From: Capsulimonadaceae bacterium
GTDB taxonomy: Bacteria > Armatimonadota > Armatimonadia > Armatimonadales > Capsulimonadaceae
Length of the DNA: 64,000 bases
NCBI GenBank assembly: GCA_965215505.1
Contig: OZ244065.1
Coordinates: forward strand, 2,112,001 to 2,176,000
Direction of reading: 5' to 3'
A model generated the notes under the pieces. That model was given only the letters and a program-made list of their open reading frames with translations, had not been told where the DNA came from and searched no databases. The translations under genes were made by a program, and so were the position numbers. Shown one piece after another: positions 1 to 8,686 of this stretch. Positions within the stretch are counted from its first letter, which is position 1. Every line of letters starts with the position of its first letter.

Positions 1-584
1 CCGCCGGCAGCCTGGCCGACGCCCATGCGCTTGTCTACCAACGAGACCAGGACGACATAGGAAACCAGGCCGATGAGGTAGATCACGCCGGCATAGCCGA
101 ACAGGCCGGCGACGGAGTCCCGAAATGTCCCCGCGATCAGGCCGTGGGCCAGGCCGAGCAGGATGCCCAGCACGCACAGGCCGTCGTCGATCACGAAATG
201 CTCCAGGTCAATGAAGAAGACGCAGATGAGGAGAGCCGTGAACAGACAGAGGAAGACGGCGTCGTACCACATGCCGCCGGTCTTCCAGGTGTACCAGGTG
301 ACGGCGGCGAACAGCAGGCCGGTCAGCGCCTCGACGCCGGGGTAGCGCCACGAGATCGGCTCCCGGCAGTAGCGGCACTTCGCGCGCAGCAGGAGGAACG
401 ACAGCACGGGGACAAGGTCCAAAGCCCCCAGGCGATGTTCGCACCGGGGGCAGTAGGACCAGGTCGGGGCGGTGATGCTGCCGCCGCGCGGCAGCCGCCA
501 GATGACCACATTCAGGAAGGAGCCGATGGTGACGCCGTAGGCCGAGGCCGCCACGAGCCAGAAAGCCAGCGGCAGGCTGTCTAT
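1..584 (-). CDS. pilD: Prepilin peptidase (A24), runs off the left edge of the window
   Basis: Manual translation: (I)DSLPLAFWLVAASAYGVTIGSFLNVVIWRLP...SYCPRCEHRL...DLVPVLSFLLLRAKCRYC, giving the GSFLNV motif and paired CxxC. The start is uncertain (ATA at 584 or GTG ten codons later). Confidence 0.9.
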   Translation of the reverse strand, partial: MDSLPLAFWLVAASAYGVTIGSFLNVVIWRLPRGGSITAPTWSYCPRCEHRLGALDLVPVLSFLLLRAKCRYCREPISWRYPGVEALTGLLFAAVTWYTWKTGGMWYDAVFLCLFTALLICVFFIDLEHFVIDDGLCVLGILLGLAHGLIAGTFRDSVAGLFGYAGVIYLIGLVSYVVLVSLVDKRMGVGQAAG

Positions 585-1837
585 TCGTTCTGACCCTTTT
601 CCGTGCCGTCGCCGCCCGAGAGCGACTGGATCAGGACGATCATCGGCATGAACATGCCCAGGATGATTAACAGGACCGCGACGCCCAGGAAGCAGATCAG
701 CATCGGCTCGATGGCGACGGCGAGTGCGGCCAGGGCGGCGTCCACCTCGTCCTCGTAGAAGTCGGCGATCTTGGCGAGCATGGCGTCGAGCGAGCCGGAC
801 TCCTCGCCGATGGAGATCATCTGGACGACCATGGGCGGGAACAGCTTGGACTTGATCAGCGGGTCGCCGATGCGGTCGCCCTCGCGGATGCGGGCGCGGG
901 CCTCCATGATGGCGTCCGAGATGACGATATTGGAGACCGTGCCGGCGACCGTCTCCAGCGCCTGGAGGATGGGGACGCCCGAGGTCAGCAGGGTGCCCAG
1001 GGTGCGCGAGAAGCGGGCCAGGGCGACCTTGTGGTTCAGCTTGCCGAAGACGGGCACTTTCAGCTTGAATTTGTCCCAGGCATGCAGGCCGAAGTTCGTC
1101 TTGACAAACGCTTTGAAGGCGATGTTGAAGGCGACGACGATCAGGATGACGGCCCACAGCTTGTAGGTCAGGAAGTCCGAAACCGCGACCAGGCCGAGGG
1201 TCAGGGCGGGGAAGTCCGCCCGGCCGTGCGGCAGCATCGTCTCGAACAAGCCAAGGAAGGTCGGAACGATAAACCGGCAGAGGCCAGTCACAATCAGGAC
1301 GGCCGCGCCCATGACGATGGACGGGTAAGTCATGGCCGACTTGATCTTGCGCTTCATCTCGACGTCTTTTTCGAGGAACGTCGAGAGCCGCTGCAAGGTC
1401 TCCTCCAGGACGCCGCCGACCTCGCCCGCGCGGACAAGTCCGATGAACAGGTTGGAAAAGACGCTGGGGTACTTCGCCATGCTCTTGGAAAGGGTGTTCC
1501 CCGCCTCGACCTCTTTCAGCACGTCCAAAATGATCCGCTTGAAGCGGGCGTTGGACTGCTGCTGGCTGAGGACGTCGAGGCAGCGGACAAGCGAGACGCC
1601 CGCGTCAATCATGGTGGAGAACTGGCGACAGAAGATGGAAAGCTCGGTGAGCTTGACCTTCTGCAAGTTCTCGAACCAGTTGCCGCCGGCCTTTTTGGCT
1701 TTGGCGGCCTTGATTTCGGAGATGACGAAGCCCTGCTCGCGCAGGCGCCGGGCGAGGACGTCCGGGTTTTCCGCCTCCGAGGTGCCGTTCCGCATGGTGC
1801 CGGCGGCGTCTCGGACGGTGTATGCATATGTTGCCAT
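581..1837 (-). CDS. pilC: Type IV pilus inner-membrane platform protein (T2SS F family)
   Basis: Motifs FCRQFSTMIDAGV, AGEVGG, KIKSAMTYP and IGEESGSLD; lies next to pilT and pilB. Confidence 0.93.
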   Translation of the reverse strand: MATYAYTVRDAAGTMRNGTSEAENPDVLARRLREQGFVISEIKAAKAKKAGGNWFENLQKVKLTELSIFCRQFSTMIDAGVSLVRCLDVLSQQQSNARFKRIILDVLKEVEAGNTLSKSMAKYPSVFSNLFIGLVRAGEVGGVLEETLQRLSTFLEKDVEMKRKIKSAMTYPSIVMGAAVLIVTGLCRFIVPTFLGLFETMLPHGRADFPALTLGLVAVSDFLTYKLWAVILIVVAFNIAFKAFVKTNFGLHAWDKFKLKVPVFGKLNHKVALARFSRTLGTLLTSGVPILQALETVAGTVSNIVISDAIMEARARIREGDRIGDPLIKSKLFPPMVVQMISIGEESGSLDAMLAKIADFYEDEVDAALAALAVAIEPMLICFLGVAVLLIILGMFMPMIVLIQSLSGGDGTEKGQNE

Positions 1838-1892
1838 GGTGGTGCTGCTCCTTGCGAGCGGGACTTTGAACGATTGTGTTGTGCGCCGTCAG

Positions 1893-2024
1893 GACGAGTG
1901 AATGAATTCACTCGCTACGCGGGAAGCGTCCAGGGGACGCGGGAGCGGCACAGGCCGCCGGATCATTCCGATCTTCTGTCCCCTGAGCAGGTCCGATGAC
2001 AGCGAGTGATTTCAATCACTCGTC
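1893..2024. repeat. Inverted palindromic doublet (REPIN/MITE-like), family A copy 1
   Basis: GACGAGTGAATGAATTCACTCGCT ... AGCGAGTGATTTCAATCACTCGTC, with an inner GCGTCC-AGG-GGACGC palindrome. Confidence 0.7.
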
Positions 2025-2120
2025 GTACTCGTCATCCCGGATTTTCGCCTGCCTGGTCTTGTGTAACGCTATTCTACCGCAAAACGGTTCGGCCCGCGCC
2101 AAATTGTTTTGCGCGCGGCG

Positions 2121-3398
2121 CTACCGGCCCGAGGGGCGCGGGGCACCCGGCCTGCCGCCGCCCGCACCCGCCGTCGGGTCGGCGTCGCCCTGAAGCATCC
2201 GCTTCAGCTCTTCCGCATTCTGCGCGCGGCCCAGGGCGCTCTCAAAGGTGATTTTGCCTTCCACATACAGGTTCCGCAGGCAAAGGTCGGTCGTGATCAT
2301 GCCGACGTTGGCCGAGGTCTGGATGATGGAGGTGATCTGCTGCGGCTTGGCCTCGCGGATCAGGTTGCGGATGGCCGCCGTGGCGATCATGATCTCCTGG
2401 GCGGCGATGCGGCCCCGCCCGGTCTGCGCCTGGTAGTTGGCCGTCGTCGGGATGAGCTGCTGGGAGATGATCGCCTGGAGGTTGCCCGAGAGCTGGAGGC
2501 GCACCTGCTCCTTGGCTCCGTCCGGAAAGCTGTCCACGATGCGGTCCACCGAGGAGGCCGCCGAGTTGGTGTGCAGGGTGCCGAACACGAGGTGGCCGGT
2601 TTCCGCCGCCGAGACCGCGAGCTGCATCGTCTCCTGGTCGCGCATCTCGCCGACAAGGATGACGTCCGGGTCTTCCCGGAGGGAGGCGCGCAGGGCGTTC
2701 GCGAAACTCTTGGTGTCCATGCCTAGCTCGCGCTGGTTGATGATGGAGAGCCGGTGGTTATGCACGAACTCGATGGGGTCTTCGATGGTGATGATGTGTT
2801 CCGACCGGTTGACGTTGATGTGGTTGATCATCGCCGCCAGCGTCGTGGACTTGCCCGAGCCGGTCGGTCCGGTGACCAGGATCAGGCCGCGCCGCGTGTG
2901 GGTCAGCTTCTCCAGGATCGGCGGCATGCCCATGTCTTCCAGACTCGGGATCTTGGTGGGGATCAGCCGCAGGGAGGCGGCGACGCTGCCCTTGTCCTTG
3001 AAGATGTTGACCCGGAAGCGCGCTTTCTTGCCCAAGGCATAGGAAAAGTCAAGCTCCCAGTTGCTTTCGAACTTCTGGATCTGCTCGTCCGTCAGGATGG
3101 CGTACATCATCTGCTGGATGTCCAGCGCGCTCATGTTCTCGTAAGGGGTCGGCTCCAAGGAGCCGTCCGCCCGGATGACCGGCGGGATTCCCTGGGCGAG
3201 ATGCAGGTCGGAGGAGCCTTTCGTCGCGTAGACGAGGTCCAGCAGTTCGTCGATGTGCAGGTCCTGGACGGACTTCTTCTGCTGCTTCGCGACCGGGCGC
3301 GGCTGGAACTGCGGCACGGCCTGTGGGCTTGTGCCTGCGGCCCCGTTCGCCTGCGGCGGCGTTTGGGACGCGGTAGGTGTTCCGATCGGATCTGCCAT
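2121..3398 (-). CDS. pilT: Type IV pilus retraction ATPase
   Basis: Motifs SDLHL, GPTGSGKSTT, TIEDPIE, LREDPDVILVGEMRD, TLHT and AIRNLIRE; ATG at 3398 preferred. Confidence 0.95.
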   Translation of the reverse strand: MADPIGTPTASQTPPQANGAAGTSPQAVPQFQPRPVAKQQKKSVQDLHIDELLDLVYATKGSSDLHLAQGIPPVIRADGSLEPTPYENMSALDIQQMMYAILTDEQIQKFESNWELDFSYALGKKARFRVNIFKDKGSVAASLRLIPTKIPSLEDMGMPPILEKLTHTRRGLILVTGPTGSGKSTTLAAMINHINVNRSEHIITIEDPIEFVHNHRLSIINQRELGMDTKSFANALRASLREDPDVILVGEMRDQETMQLAVSAAETGHLVFGTLHTNSAASSVDRIVDSFPDGAKEQVRLQLSGNLQAIISQQLIPTTANYQAQTGRGRIAAQEIMIATAAIRNLIREAKPQQITSIIQTSANVGMITTDLCLRNLYVEGKITFESALGRAQNAEELKRMLQGDADPTAGAGGGRPGAPRPSGR

Positions 3399-3465
3399 GA
3401 GAGTACTGCCTTTCGATAAACCATGAGGCCCCCGGCTCCGCAAGGAGCCGGGGGCGATCCAATGA

Positions 3466-5358
3466 CTAGAAGCCCGCCGTGAAGACGACGCGCATGACCT
3501 CATCAGGGCTGGTCATGCCTTCCAGAATCTTCAGCAGGCCGTCCTCGCGCAGTTCCAGCATCCCGTTCGCCTTGGCGGCCTCGCGAATGTCGGCGACCGG
3601 GGCGCGGCGGACGACGAGTTCAGCGATCTCCTCGTTCATCGTCATCAGCTCGTACAGGCCCACACGCCCCTTGTACCCCTTGAAGCGGCACTCCTCGCAG
3701 CCCTTGCCCTCGTAGAGCGTGACCATCGCGTTCGGGTCTTCGTTCTTGTACCCGAACTTGGCGAGGAAGCTGCCCGGCACCTGATAGGGTGACTTGCAGT
3801 TGGAGCAGACCTTGCGGCAGAGCCGCTGGGCCATGATCGCCTGCACGGTGGCCGCGATCAGGTAGGTCTCGATGCCCATGTCGGCCAGGCGCATGACGGC
3901 CGAGGGCGCGTCATTAGTGTGCAGCGTGGACAGGACGAGGTGGCCCGTCAGCGACGCTTCCACAGCGATCTGGGCAGTTTCGAGGTCGCGCATCTCGCCG
4001 ACCATGATGATGTCCGGGTCTTGCCGCAGGAACGAGCGCAGGGCCGTCGCGAAGGTCAGCCCAGCCTTCTTGTTGATCTGCACCTGAGAGACACCCGACA
4101 ACTGGTACTCGACCGGGTCCTCGACGGTGATGATGTTCTTCTCGACCGAGTTGATCTTGTGCAGGACCGAGTAGAGCGTGGTCGTCTTGCCCGAGCCGGT
4201 CGGCCCGGTGGTCAGGAACATGCCGTTCGGCTGGGCCACGATCTCTTCGAGCTTGGACTGGACTTCCGGCGTAAAGCCAAGCTTGTTCAGGCCGAGCAGG
4301 ACGCTGGTCTTGTCCAGGATACGCATGACGATCTTTTCGCCGAACATGGTGGGCAGACAGGAGACGCGCATGTCATAGTCTTTGCCCTCGTGGCGGACGG
4401 GGATGCGTCCGTCCTGCGGCACGCGCCGCTCGGCGATGTTCAGCTCGGCCATGATCTTGAAGCGCGAGATGAGGGCCGCCTGGATGTGCTTCGGCACGGT
4501 CATCGTCTCGTTCAGGACGCCGTCAATCCGGTAGCGGATGCGGACGCCCTTGATGCCCGGCTCGATGTGGATGTCCGAAGCCTTCTCGCGGATCGCCTGC
4601 ATCATGATGGCGTGGGCGATGCGGATGATCGGGGCCTCTTCCGACATGCTCTCCATCGCGGCGTCGTCGTCTTCCACGCCTGCCCCGCCCAATTCGGTGA
4701 TCTCGCCCTTGATCGCCTGTTCCAGCTCGGAGGGGCCGGTCTCGGTGATCTGAAGGTCGGGCCGGGGCGCAAGGCCGGTCGGCCCTTCCATGACGATGGC
4801 GGGCGTGATATCGCCCTTGTCCTTGATGACCTGCGGGAAGGCCGAGATGGCGGTGCCGTTGGTCAGGGGGCCGGTGCCGGGGCGGTTGCCGTTCCCGTTG
4901 CCCATGCTGCCGCTGTAGGCGCGGATGATGGCCTCCTCGATCTCGCTCTTGGTGGCGAGGACGGAGGTGATCTTGCAGCGCGAAACCAGCTTGACGTCGT
5001 CCAGACCCACCGCGCCGGTCTTGACGTCGCCGATGGCGACCATCAGCCGGTTGGGCGTGACGGAGTTATCGCGCTTGATCGGGAGTATGTTATAGCGTTT
5101 GGCGATGTGTTCGGGGACGGCCTTGATCGCCGCCGGGTCAATCGGCGTCTTGCCCAGGTCCACGAATTGCAGTCCCAGGGTCGCCGCGCGGGCCGAGGCG
5201 ACGTCCTTCTCCGAGGCGAGCTGCAAGTCCTGGATGATCGAGCCGAGGTCGCCGGGGGCGCTCTTCTGGACGTTGCGCGCGTCGTCGAGCTGCTGCTCCG
5301 TGAGCATCCCCCGCTCGACCAGCACTTCGCCGATAGTTTTCTTAGCCTGCATTACCAT
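3466..5358 (-). CDS. pilB: Type IV pilus assembly ATPase (PilB/GspE)
   Basis: Motifs ASDIHIEP, ERRVPQDGR, GPTGSGKTTT, LRQDPDIIMVGEMRD and tetracysteine motifs; AGGAGG RBS. Confidence 0.95.
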   Translation of the reverse strand: MVMQAKKTIGEVLVERGMLTEQQLDDARNVQKSAPGDLGSIIQDLQLASEKDVASARAATLGLQFVDLGKTPIDPAAIKAVPEHIAKRYNILPIKRDNSVTPNRLMVAIGDVKTGAVGLDDVKLVSRCKITSVLATKSEIEEAIIRAYSGSMGNGNGNRPGTGPLTNGTAISAFPQVIKDKGDITPAIVMEGPTGLAPRPDLQITETGPSELEQAIKGEITELGGAGVEDDDAAMESMSEEAPIIRIAHAIMMQAIREKASDIHIEPGIKGVRIRYRIDGVLNETMTVPKHIQAALISRFKIMAELNIAERRVPQDGRIPVRHEGKDYDMRVSCLPTMFGEKIVMRILDKTSVLLGLNKLGFTPEVQSKLEEIVAQPNGMFLTTGPTGSGKTTTLYSVLHKINSVEKNIITVEDPVEYQLSGVSQVQINKKAGLTFATALRSFLRQDPDIIMVGEMRDLETAQIAVEASLTGHLVLSTLHTNDAPSAVMRLADMGIETYLIAATVQAIMAQRLCRKVCSNCKSPYQVPGSFLAKFGYKNEDPNAMVTLYEGKGCEECRFKGYKGRVGLYELMTMNEEIAELVVRRAPVADIREAAKANGMLELREDGLLKILEGMTSPDEVMRVVFTAGF

Positions 5359-5583
5359 GTTGGAAGTCTGCCTCCTTACGCAGTCCCTGTCTTCACTCGT
5401 GTTGTAAATCGTGTCGGAAACCGTGCGGACGATGAATAGATGAAAATGGCTTCAGCGGTGTCTGGGACACCGAGGCTGGACACCAGCCGGGAGTGACGAT
5501 GCGTAGGGCCGGGGCTGTTGCGCGGGGCGGGCGGAGCCGGCGAGAGAACGGGCGACGGGAGCCGCGGCGGTGCGGCGCTTCCC

Positions 5584-5612
5584 ATTATATCATAAACGGA
5601 TAAACGGCGCAA
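5584..5612 (-). promoter_or_regulatory. Sigma70-type promoter for the pil operon
   Basis: TTGCGC-17 bp-TATAAT with TG upstream of the -10, on the minus strand. Confidence 0.6.
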
Positions 5613-5639
5613 GTGGTTCCTATTGCCTTTCTTACCAGG

Positions 5640-6497
5640 TTATTCGGCGGGCGCGAGGGCGGCATGGACGGCGGCCTCCATGACGGCGACAGGCATCTCC
5701 TCCGGCGGCAGTCCGGTCCAGAGCGCGAGAGACAGGGCGCCCTGCCACACCAGCATCTGCACCCCGTTCATGGTCCCGCAGCCCGCCGCGCGCGCCGCCG
5801 CCAGCAGGCGGGTCTGTGTGGGGACGTAGACCAAGTCATACACGAACGGACGCCCCGCGAAAGCATCGGGCGGGAGGGCGGGCATGGCGTCCTCGTGCGG
5901 GGACATTCCCAAGCTCGTCGTGTTCACCAGCAGATCGAATGCTCCCGCCGGAGCGCCCCACCCCGCCACGGAGGCGGCTCCGGGGAACCAGTGGTTGATG
6001 TCGGCCGCCAGGGACTCGGCCCGCGCCTCGGTCCGGTTCGCGATCCGGCAGTGACAGTCCTGTGCAGCCAGGGCGAAGGTCACAGCCCGCGCCGAGCCAC
6101 CCGCGCCGAGCAGCAGGACCTGGCGGCCCTGAGCCGGCTGACCGACCGCCTCCAAGGAGCGCAGGAAGCCTTCCCCGTCCGTGCTGCACCCGTAGAGCCG
6201 TCCGTCCCGGTTATGGACCGTGTTCACCGAGCCGATGCGGGCGGCGGCCTCGTCCACTTCGTCCAGCAGCGGAAGGACGCGCTCCTTCAGCGGCACTGTG
6301 ACGTTGACACCGACCAGCCCCAGCGCGCGCAGGCCCGCCAGGGCGGCGGGGACATCCTCGGGCGCGACATCGAACGGCACATACGCCCAGTCCAGGCCCA
6401 GAGATTCGAGCGCGGCGTTGTGCATGGCCGGCGAGCGCGAGTGGCCTACGGGGTGGCCCCAGACGCCGACGACCTTTGTCCGGCCCGTGGCCCTCAT
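5640..6497 (-). CDS. aroE: Shikimate dehydrogenase
   Basis: Motifs GHPVGHSRSPAMHN, NVTVPLK, SVNTV, GAGGSA and VNTTSLGM; ATGA overlap with the upstream gene. Confidence 0.93.
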   Translation of the reverse strand: MRATGRTKVVGVWGHPVGHSRSPAMHNAALESLGLDWAYVPFDVAPEDVPAALAGLRALGLVGVNVTVPLKERVLPLLDEVDEAAARIGSVNTVHNRDGRLYGCSTDGEGFLRSLEAVGQPAQGRQVLLLGAGGSARAVTFALAAQDCHCRIANRTEARAESLAADINHWFPGAASVAGWGAPAGAFDLLVNTTSLGMSPHEDAMPALPPDAFAGRPFVYDLVYVPTQTRLLAAARAAGCGTMNGVQMLVWQGALSLALWTGLPPEEMPVAVMEAAVHAALAPAE

Positions 6498-7153
6498 CGG
6501 TTCCGGCGGGCGCGCACGAGGAGCAGGACGGCCAGCCCCGCCAGCAGGGCGGCCAGCAATGTCGCGTTCCGCCGGGCCTGTGGCGTGCGCGGGTCGGGCA
6601 TGGATTCCAGGGCGGCCTCCACCTTGGCGGCGGCGGGCCACTTCCCCTGCTCGCGGAGCCGCCGGATGACGCCGTTCTCCACATAGCGGACGAGCTGGGT
6701 GGAGATGAACTCCTCCTTGGACAGCGGCGGGCGCAGCAGGATGGTGTGCAGGCCCAGCCGGTTGCCGGCCAGGATGTCCGTGAAGATCTGGTCGCCGAAG
6801 ACCGCCGTATTAGTGGCGTCAGACCCCATCGCCTTCATGGCGCGCACGAACCCGCCGGTGCGGGGCTTCTGCACGCGGTCCACGAAGGGAATGTTCATGG
6901 TTTCGGCGAGCTGCTTCAGCCGCTCGGTGTGGATGGTGTTGGAGGCGATGCAGATCTTGATCCCGGCGACCTCCAGCTTGGCGAGCCACTCGACGACTCC
7001 GGGCATGATCTCGTAGTGCCGCCAGGGCACGAGTGTGTTGTCTAGGTCGGTGATGATGGCCGCGATGCCGCGCCCCTTCAAAGTCTCCGGTTCGAGTTCC
7101 TTGACGGACTCGACCACCTGGGAGGGTGTCAGCTTGTTCAGTGGGATTGGCAT
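6494..7153 (-). CDS. yqeG: YqeG-family HAD IIIA phosphatase
   Basis: Motifs DLDNTL, KP and GDQIFTDILAGNRLG. Confidence 0.85.
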   Translation of the reverse strand: MPIPLNKLTPSQVVESVKELEPETLKGRGIAAIITDLDNTLVPWRHYEIMPGVVEWLAKLEVAGIKICIASNTIHTERLKQLAETMNIPFVDRVQKPRTGGFVRAMKAMGSDATNTAVFGDQIFTDILAGNRLGLHTILLRPPLSKEEFISTQLVRYVENGVIRRLREQGKWPAAAKVEAALESMPDPRTPQARRNATLLAALLAGLAVLLLVRARRNR

Positions 7154-7172
7154 AGTGTGTTGATCGTGGTCA

Positions 7173-8237
7173 TCATCGGGCGGCGCGCGCCGAGGCGACG
7201 GCCTTCTCGTGCTGGGCCAGCGTCGTGCTGAAGATGTGGCGTCCGCCCGCCCCGGCGACATAGTAGAGATAGCCCACGGGGGCGGGATGCAGGGCCGCCT
7301 CGATGCTCGGCAGGCCGGGATTGGCGATGGGCGTCGGCGGCAGCCCGGCGTGGCGATAGGTGTTGTACGGCGAGTTTACCCGCAAATCCGCATAAAGCAC
7401 GCGCGCCTTGTGTTCCGGCAGAGCATACTGCACCGTCGCGTCGCATTGCAGCCGCATCCCCGCCTTCAGACGGTTGCGGTAGACGGCGGCGATGAGGGGC
7501 CGGTCGGCGTCCACCTCGGCCTCGCGCTCCACCAGAGAGGCCAGCGTGACGGCGGCGGGCAGGCCGCCGGGAGAAGAGGCCGCTTCTGCCCCGTGCGGAG
7601 TGACCACACGGCGGGCGAAGTCGTCCAGCATGAGTTGGATGATGTCGCGCGGCATAGCCCCCTTCGGCACGGTGTAGGTGTCCGGGAACAGATACCCTTC
7701 CAAATTGTCACTCGGCGGCGTCCACTTCCCCACATGGAACGTGCGCCCCTGGGTCTGCGCTAGGGTGAGGAACTGCGCTTCGTCCACCAGATGATGCTCG
7801 GCCAGGCGGCGCGCGATTTGAAGGAGCGTGTAGCCTTCCGGGACCGTAACGACGCCCTGGGCGGTTTCGCCCAGCGCCATCTTGGCGGCGATCTGGCGCG
7901 GCGGCATGGCGGGCGACAGTTCATAGCGGCCCGCGTGCATCTTGCCCGAAAGGCCGTCCATCCGGCTGGCGAACACGAACGAGAGCGGGCTGCGGACCAG
8001 GCGCTTCCGGGCCAGGATCTCGCCGATCTCACGCGCACTGCGGCCCGGCGGGATGGTGACCAGGACGAGCGGGGCCTCCTTGTTGCCCGTCACCGGCGCA
8101 AGCAGTTGGACCGTGTAGAGCATCCACCCCACGATGAGCAGGGCGGTGGCCAGCAGCAGGACCAGCAGCGTCGCGCTACGCCGCACCCGGCGGGGCGTAC
8201 TGGTGAGGTCAGAAGACTTAAGAGGGTTGGATGACAT
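7173..8237 (-). CDS. mltG: Endolytic transglycosylase MltG
   Basis: N-terminal TM segment; motifs TVPEG, LEGYLFPDTY, ASLVERE and SPYNTY..GLPPTPIANPG. Confidence 0.93.
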   Translation of the reverse strand: MSSNPLKSSDLTSTPRRVRRSATLLVLLLATALLIVGWMLYTVQLLAPVTGNKEAPLVLVTIPPGRSAREIGEILARKRLVRSPLSFVFASRMDGLSGKMHAGRYELSPAMPPRQIAAKMALGETAQGVVTVPEGYTLLQIARRLAEHHLVDEAQFLTLAQTQGRTFHVGKWTPPSDNLEGYLFPDTYTVPKGAMPRDIIQLMLDDFARRVVTPHGAEAASSPGGLPAAVTLASLVEREAEVDADRPLIAAVYRNRLKAGMRLQCDATVQYALPEHKARVLYADLRVNSPYNTYRHAGLPPTPIANPGLPSIEAALHPAPVGYLYYVAGAGGRHIFSTTLAQHEKAVASARAAR

Positions 8238-8686
8238 CAGGGTGACACGAGCGCATCGCGCGGGGCATTCGTCGCCCGGCGGTGCGCGAGGTAGCTTTCC
8301 AGAATCAGCGCCGCCGCCGTCTGATCGATCTTTAGACGCCGCTTCGCCCGCGACACGCCCTGGGCGATCAGGATTTCTTCCGCTTCGACCGAGGACAGGC
8401 TTTCATCCCACAGCACGACGGGCATGGGAAAGACGTTCGCCAGGGCTTTGGCGAATCCCTGCGTCTTTTGCGCCTGCGGCCCCACTTCGCCGTCCAGGGA
8501 CAGCGGCAGGCCGACCACGACCCCCTCCGCCTCCTGCTCCGTCGCCAGGGCGGCGATGGCCGCCACGTCCCGCTTCAGGCTGCCGACGCGCCGGACCACG
8601 CCAACCGGGAAGGCGGCGATCTCCAGCGAGTCACAGACCGCGACCCCGATCCGCACGTCCCCCACGTCAAGCCCGAGCAGGCGCAT
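8237..8686 (-). CDS. ruvX: RuvX/YqgF resolvase-like nuclease
   Basis: Motifs LGLDVGDVRIGVAV, VVGLP, WDESLSS and IDQTAAALILE; follows alaS as is typical. Confidence 0.92.
   Translation of the reverse strand: MRLLGLDVGDVRIGVAVCDSLEIAAFPVGVVRRVGSLKRDVAAIAALATEQEAEGVVVGLPLSLDGEVGPQAQKTQGFAKALANVFPMPVVLWDESLSSVEAEEILIAQGVSRAKRRLKIDQTAAALILESYLAHRRATNAPRDALVSP

Noticed and set aside
3919-5439. Long antisense ORFs (also 8134-9387, 10521-13363, 16487-17743, 45810-47312 and others)
   Set aside because: They are shadow frames of high-GC genes with no recognisable motifs
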